DNA of 64,000 nucleotides from Fimbriimonadales bacterium (GTDB lineage Bacteria; Armatimonadota; Fimbriimonadia; Fimbriimonadales; ATM1): NCBI GenBank assembly GCA_041744215.1, contig JBGTLG010000033.1, positions 64,001 to 128,000 of the forward strand, read 5' to 3'. Shown piece by piece: positions 60,810 to 64,000 of this stretch (position 1 is its first letter; each line of letters starts with the position of its first letter). The notes under the pieces were generated by a model. It saw only the letters and a program-made list of their open reading frames with translations, ran no database searches and was not told where the DNA came from. The position numbers and the translations under genes were made by a program.

Positions 60810-61145
60810 CTAAACAAACTTCCAGTGGTCGCTCATCTCGATCAGCCTCTCGACTTGGCTGCAGCCGTAGACCGGCACGATGAACTGGCGATGTTTGGGG
60901 AAAGGGCGGCCAGCGTAAATGCCGAGGACTTCCAATGCTTGTGTGAGGCGTTTCGCACTCGCTTTGGTGTCGACGGGGAATCGGAACTCATAGCCCTTTT
61001 TGTAGTTTTTGGACGTCTGCTCGATTTGTTTGTCGGCGCTTCTCCACCGCAAGTAGGCGTTTGCGGCAAGGTGCTCGAGCACGAGCTTCTTGGCGCTTCG
61101 CGGCGTCATGGTATTGCGGGTTGTCCGGGCGTTCGTTTGCGTCAC
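60810..61145 (-). CDS. small basic hypothetical protein
   Basis: YKKGYEFRF...GRPFPK...VPVYG; K/R-rich. Confidence 0.55.
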   Translation of the reverse strand: MTQTNARTTRNTMTPRSAKKLVLEHLAANAYLRWRSADKQIEQTSKNYKKGYEFRFPVDTKASAKRLTQALEVLGIYAGRPFPKHRQFIVPVYGCSQVERLIEMSDHWKFV

Positions 61146-61278
61146 TTCAACTGGTCGGAAGTATACATGAAGTAAGGGGCGATTTGAAGCCGAAAGGAGG
61201 TAGAATTGAAGCCTTCGCAGGGGGCTGGCCGTCCATAAGGCGGCTGCTTGTTCCAGACATTATAAAAGGAGATTTCGC

Positions 61279-63738
61279 TTGCCCGAAAACGAGTCCATCG
61301 TCGAGAAAACGCTCATTCATGAGGAGATGTCGCGCTCCTATGTGAACTACGCGATGAGCGTGATCATTGCGCGCGCGCTTCCCGATGTGCGCGACGGCTT
61401 AAAGCCTGTCCAGCGGAGGATTTTGTATGCGATGCTGGCTGGCGGATACACAGCGGATCGTCAGCGAACGAAGTGCGCGAAGATTTGCGGCGACACAAGC
61501 GGAGAGTTTCACCCACACGGCAACGAGGTTATCTATCCGACGCTGGTTCGGATGGCGCAGGATTTTTCGATGCGCTATCCGCTGATCGATCCTCAGGGGA
61601 ATTTTGGAAACGTCGATGGCGATCCGCCTGCCGCGATGCGATACACCGAGGCGAGACTGAGCAAGATCGCGATGGAGATGCTCGAAGACCTCGAGCGCGA
61701 GACGGTCGATTGGACTCCAAACTACTTGCAAACAAAGAATGAGCCGCTGATGCTGCCGGCGAAGTTTCCGAATCTTCTATGCAACGGCGGTTCCGGCATC
61801 GCGGTCGGCATGGCAACAAACATGCCTCCTCACAACTTGGGCGAAGTCGTTGACGCGGTGTTGCTGCGAGTTGAGAACCCGGACTGCACAGTCGACGACG
61901 TCTTAAAGGTATTGCCCGGTCCCGATTTTCCGACGTACGGAATGATTCTCGGGACGAAGGGGATTCGAAGTATGTATGAAGGCGGCCGAGGAAGCATTAT
62001 CATGCAGGCTAAGACCGCGATCGAGCCGACTGAAGGTGGGCGCAGCGTTATCGTCGTCAGCGAGATTCCTTATCAGGTCAATAAGACGACACTCATCGAA
62101 CAAATCGCCAAGATTATTCGCGACAAAAAGCTGGATGCAATCAGCAACGTTGAGGACTATTCGGACCGGCGCGGTATGCGACTTGAGATTTTCGTCAAAC
62201 GCGAAGGAAACCCCAACAAAGCGCTGAACTACCTGCTTAAGCACACTTCTTTGCGAACGACGTTTGGCGCGTGTATGCTAAGTCTCATTGACAATGTCCC
62301 TCGCGTTGCGCCGATTACGCAACTGCTGGATGAGTACATCGCCCATCGACGAAGGGTGATTACAAGGCGTACGCGATTCGACCTCAATCGCGCTCTGGAA
62401 GACGCGCACATTAGCGAAGGTTATCAAATCGCGCGGGCGAATCTGGATGAAATCATCAAGATCATTCGCGGCGCAGATGATCCCGAAGACGCGCGCAGAC
62501 AGCTTGTCCGGCGGTTTGCGATGACGATGTTCCAAGCGAATGTCATCTTGAACATGCAGCTTCGGCGATTGACGCGGCTTGAACAGCAGAAGCTCGAAGA
62601 AGAGTACAAGAGCATTCTTCGCAAGATTGCGAATCTCATGGACATCCTCAACGACAAGAAGAGGGTCGACCTGCTGATGCGCGAAGAGCTTGAAGACCTG
62701 CGCAAGAAGTTTGGAGACGAGCGGCGCACGAAGATTCTTCAAATGGAAGCCGGTGAAATCGGCGACGAGGACATGATCCCCGACGAAGACGCGATCATAT
62801 CCGTCAGCCGAGACGGCTACATCAAGCGGATGAGCATCGACGCGTATCGCGCACAGCGGCGCGGTGGCAAAGGCGTCGTCGGAACACAGCTGAAAGCGGA
62901 AGACGACGTCTCGCACCTCTTCCAAGTTAGCACGCACCACTTCATCTTGTTCTTCTCGGACAAAGGGCGCGTGTATCGGTTAAAGGCATACGAGATTCCC
63001 GAAAGCGGACGGTATTCAAAGGGAACGCCGGTCATCAACTACATCCAAATCGAAAGCGGCGAAATGATCACCGCGACGCAAAGCGTTAGGGACATCAAGG
63101 GCGAGGGCTATCTCGTCATGATCACTCGCCTCGGCGAGATCAAGCGAACACCGATCAACGCGTTCCAAAACCTGCGGGCAAACGGGCTTCGCGCGTTCGA
63201 CATTGAAGACGGCGACGAACTCAAGTGGGTGCTGCGAAGCAACGGCAAGCAAGATATCCTCATGATCACCCGCGAAGGGATGAGCATCCGCTTCAATGAG
63301 AGCCAACTCACCGGGCGCAGCCGCGCCGCGGGTGGTGTCCGAGGCATCAAGCTGCGGAAGGGCGACGAGGTGGTCGCCGCCGACATCGTCGAGAATCCCG
63401 AATTGAGCGTGCTGGTCGTTGGCAGAAACGGCTACGGCAAGCGGACTCCGATCGAGGATTACCGCCTCCAGGGGCGCGCCGGAATGGGCATCAAGACAAT
63501 GCAAGTCACGGCGAAGACCGGCCAGGTGGTTGGGGCGGAGATCGTCGATCCGGATGACCAACTGGTTCTGATGACCGAGAAGGCCAAGGCGATTAAGCTG
63601 AGAATCAAGGAGATCCGCATGGTCGGCAGGATCGCCCAGGGCGTCAAGCTGATCAACCTGGGGCAGGACGACCAGGTGAAGAGCCTCGCACGGCTGGTCA
63701 AGGACAGCGACGACGGCGAGATCGAGGAAGAGGAGTAG
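61279..63738 (+). CDS. gyrA: DNA gyrase subunit A
   Basis: [22 protein letters not shown], GyrA box QRRGGKG, beta-pinwheel repeats; TTG start with AGGAG RBS. Confidence 0.97.
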   Translation: MPENESIVEKTLIHEEMSRSYVNYAMSVIIARALPDVRDGLKPVQRRILYAMLAGGYTADRQRTKCAKICGDTSGEFHPHGNEVIYPTLVRMAQDFSMRYPLIDPQGNFGNVDGDPPAAMRYTEARLSKIAMEMLEDLERETVDWTPNYLQTKNEPLMLPAKFPNLLCNGGSGIAVGMATNMPPHNLGEVVDAVLLRVENPDCTVDDVLKVLPGPDFPTYGMILGTKGIRSMYEGGRGSIIMQAKTAIEPTEGGRSVIVVSEIPYQVNKTTLIEQIAKIIRDKKLDAISNVEDYSDRRGMRLEIFVKREGNPNKALNYLLKHTSLRTTFGACMLSLIDNVPRVAPITQLLDEYIAHRRRVITRRTRFDLNRALEDAHISEGYQIARANLDEIIKIIRGADDPEDARRQLVRRFAMTMFQANVILNMQLRRLTRLEQQKLEEEYKSILRKIANLMDILNDKKRVDLLMREELEDLRKKFGDERRTKILQMEAGEIGDEDMIPDEDAIISVSRDGYIKRMSIDAYRAQRRGGKGVVGTQLKAEDDVSHLFQVSTHHFILFFSDKGRVYRLKAYEIPESGRYSKGTPVINYIQIESGEMITATQSVRDIKGEGYLVMITRLGEIKRTPINAFQNLRANGLRAFDIEDGDELKWVLRSNGKQDILMITREGMSIRFNESQLTGRSRAAGGVRGIKLRKGDEVVAADIVENPELSVLVVGRNGYGKRTPIEDYRLQGRAGMGIKTMQVTAKTGQVVGAEIVDPDDQLVLMTEKAKAIKLRIKEIRMVGRIAQGVKLINLGQDDQVKSLARLVKDSDDGEIEEEE

Positions 63739-64000
63739 CCCCTCGCAGGGCGTGGTCGTTGCCGCACGGTCAGTTAGCTCCAGCAAGGCCCGCCCCGGCG
63801 CAGTCGCAGGTTCAAATGTGGAAGGTGCGACGCTACGTTCCCTAGGGATTTCGCCACGATTCCTAGGCAGGACAGTGCGCCGCCTATTCGTAAGGCATAG
63901 ATTCCCAGTCCGCGCGCCCAGATTGGTAACGAGAACGCAGAGCCGCATACGGCCCAGCACCGATCCTTACCAGTTTCGGCAGGTAAAAGTGACAGTTCTG

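Noticed and set aside
61279-63738. Intein in GyrA, or ParC identity
   Set aside because: AAMRYTE is uninterrupted, length is normal, and the GyrA box is present.
63739-64000. Gene or RNA after gyrA
   Set aside because: Only a weak cctagg hairpin and unconvincing partial frames.

Overview
Bacterial chromosomal window, GC-rich. The gene repertoire (PEP-CTERM protein, prepilin-type protein, many leaderless-looking starts, PVC-like GyrA QRDR) suggests Armatimonadota/Fimbriimonadia, which is inference only. Most of it is housekeeping: clpC, mcsB-like, icd-like, liv, accAD, truB, nrnA, phr, queF, pheA, wzm/wzt, gyrA. Three accessory zones stand out. (1) 1-4.5 kb: defence-like island with a MTase-REase fusion, a GHKL ATPase-nuclease, and a 38-bp direct repeat next to a truncated S24 peptidase gene. 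(2) 11.5-16.7 kb: a secreted caspase-fold (His-Gly/Ala-Cys) protease-like gene with an (AG)12 tract in its promoter spacer, followed by three mosaic paralogous PepSY-like genes. Each of the three ends against a copy of the last 45 bp of the icd-like gene. This is a candidate phase-variable protease/inhibitor (toxin-immunity-like) cassette system. (3) 54.1-57.7 kb: an array of small unrelated membrane-protein genes separated by a conserved ~145-bp element. Also notable: an ICDH C-terminal domain encoded as a separate upstream gene, and several probable pseudoenzymes. No rRNA, tRNA, CRISPR array or integrase/transposase was recognised. Family assignments are from motif recognition by eye, not database searches.
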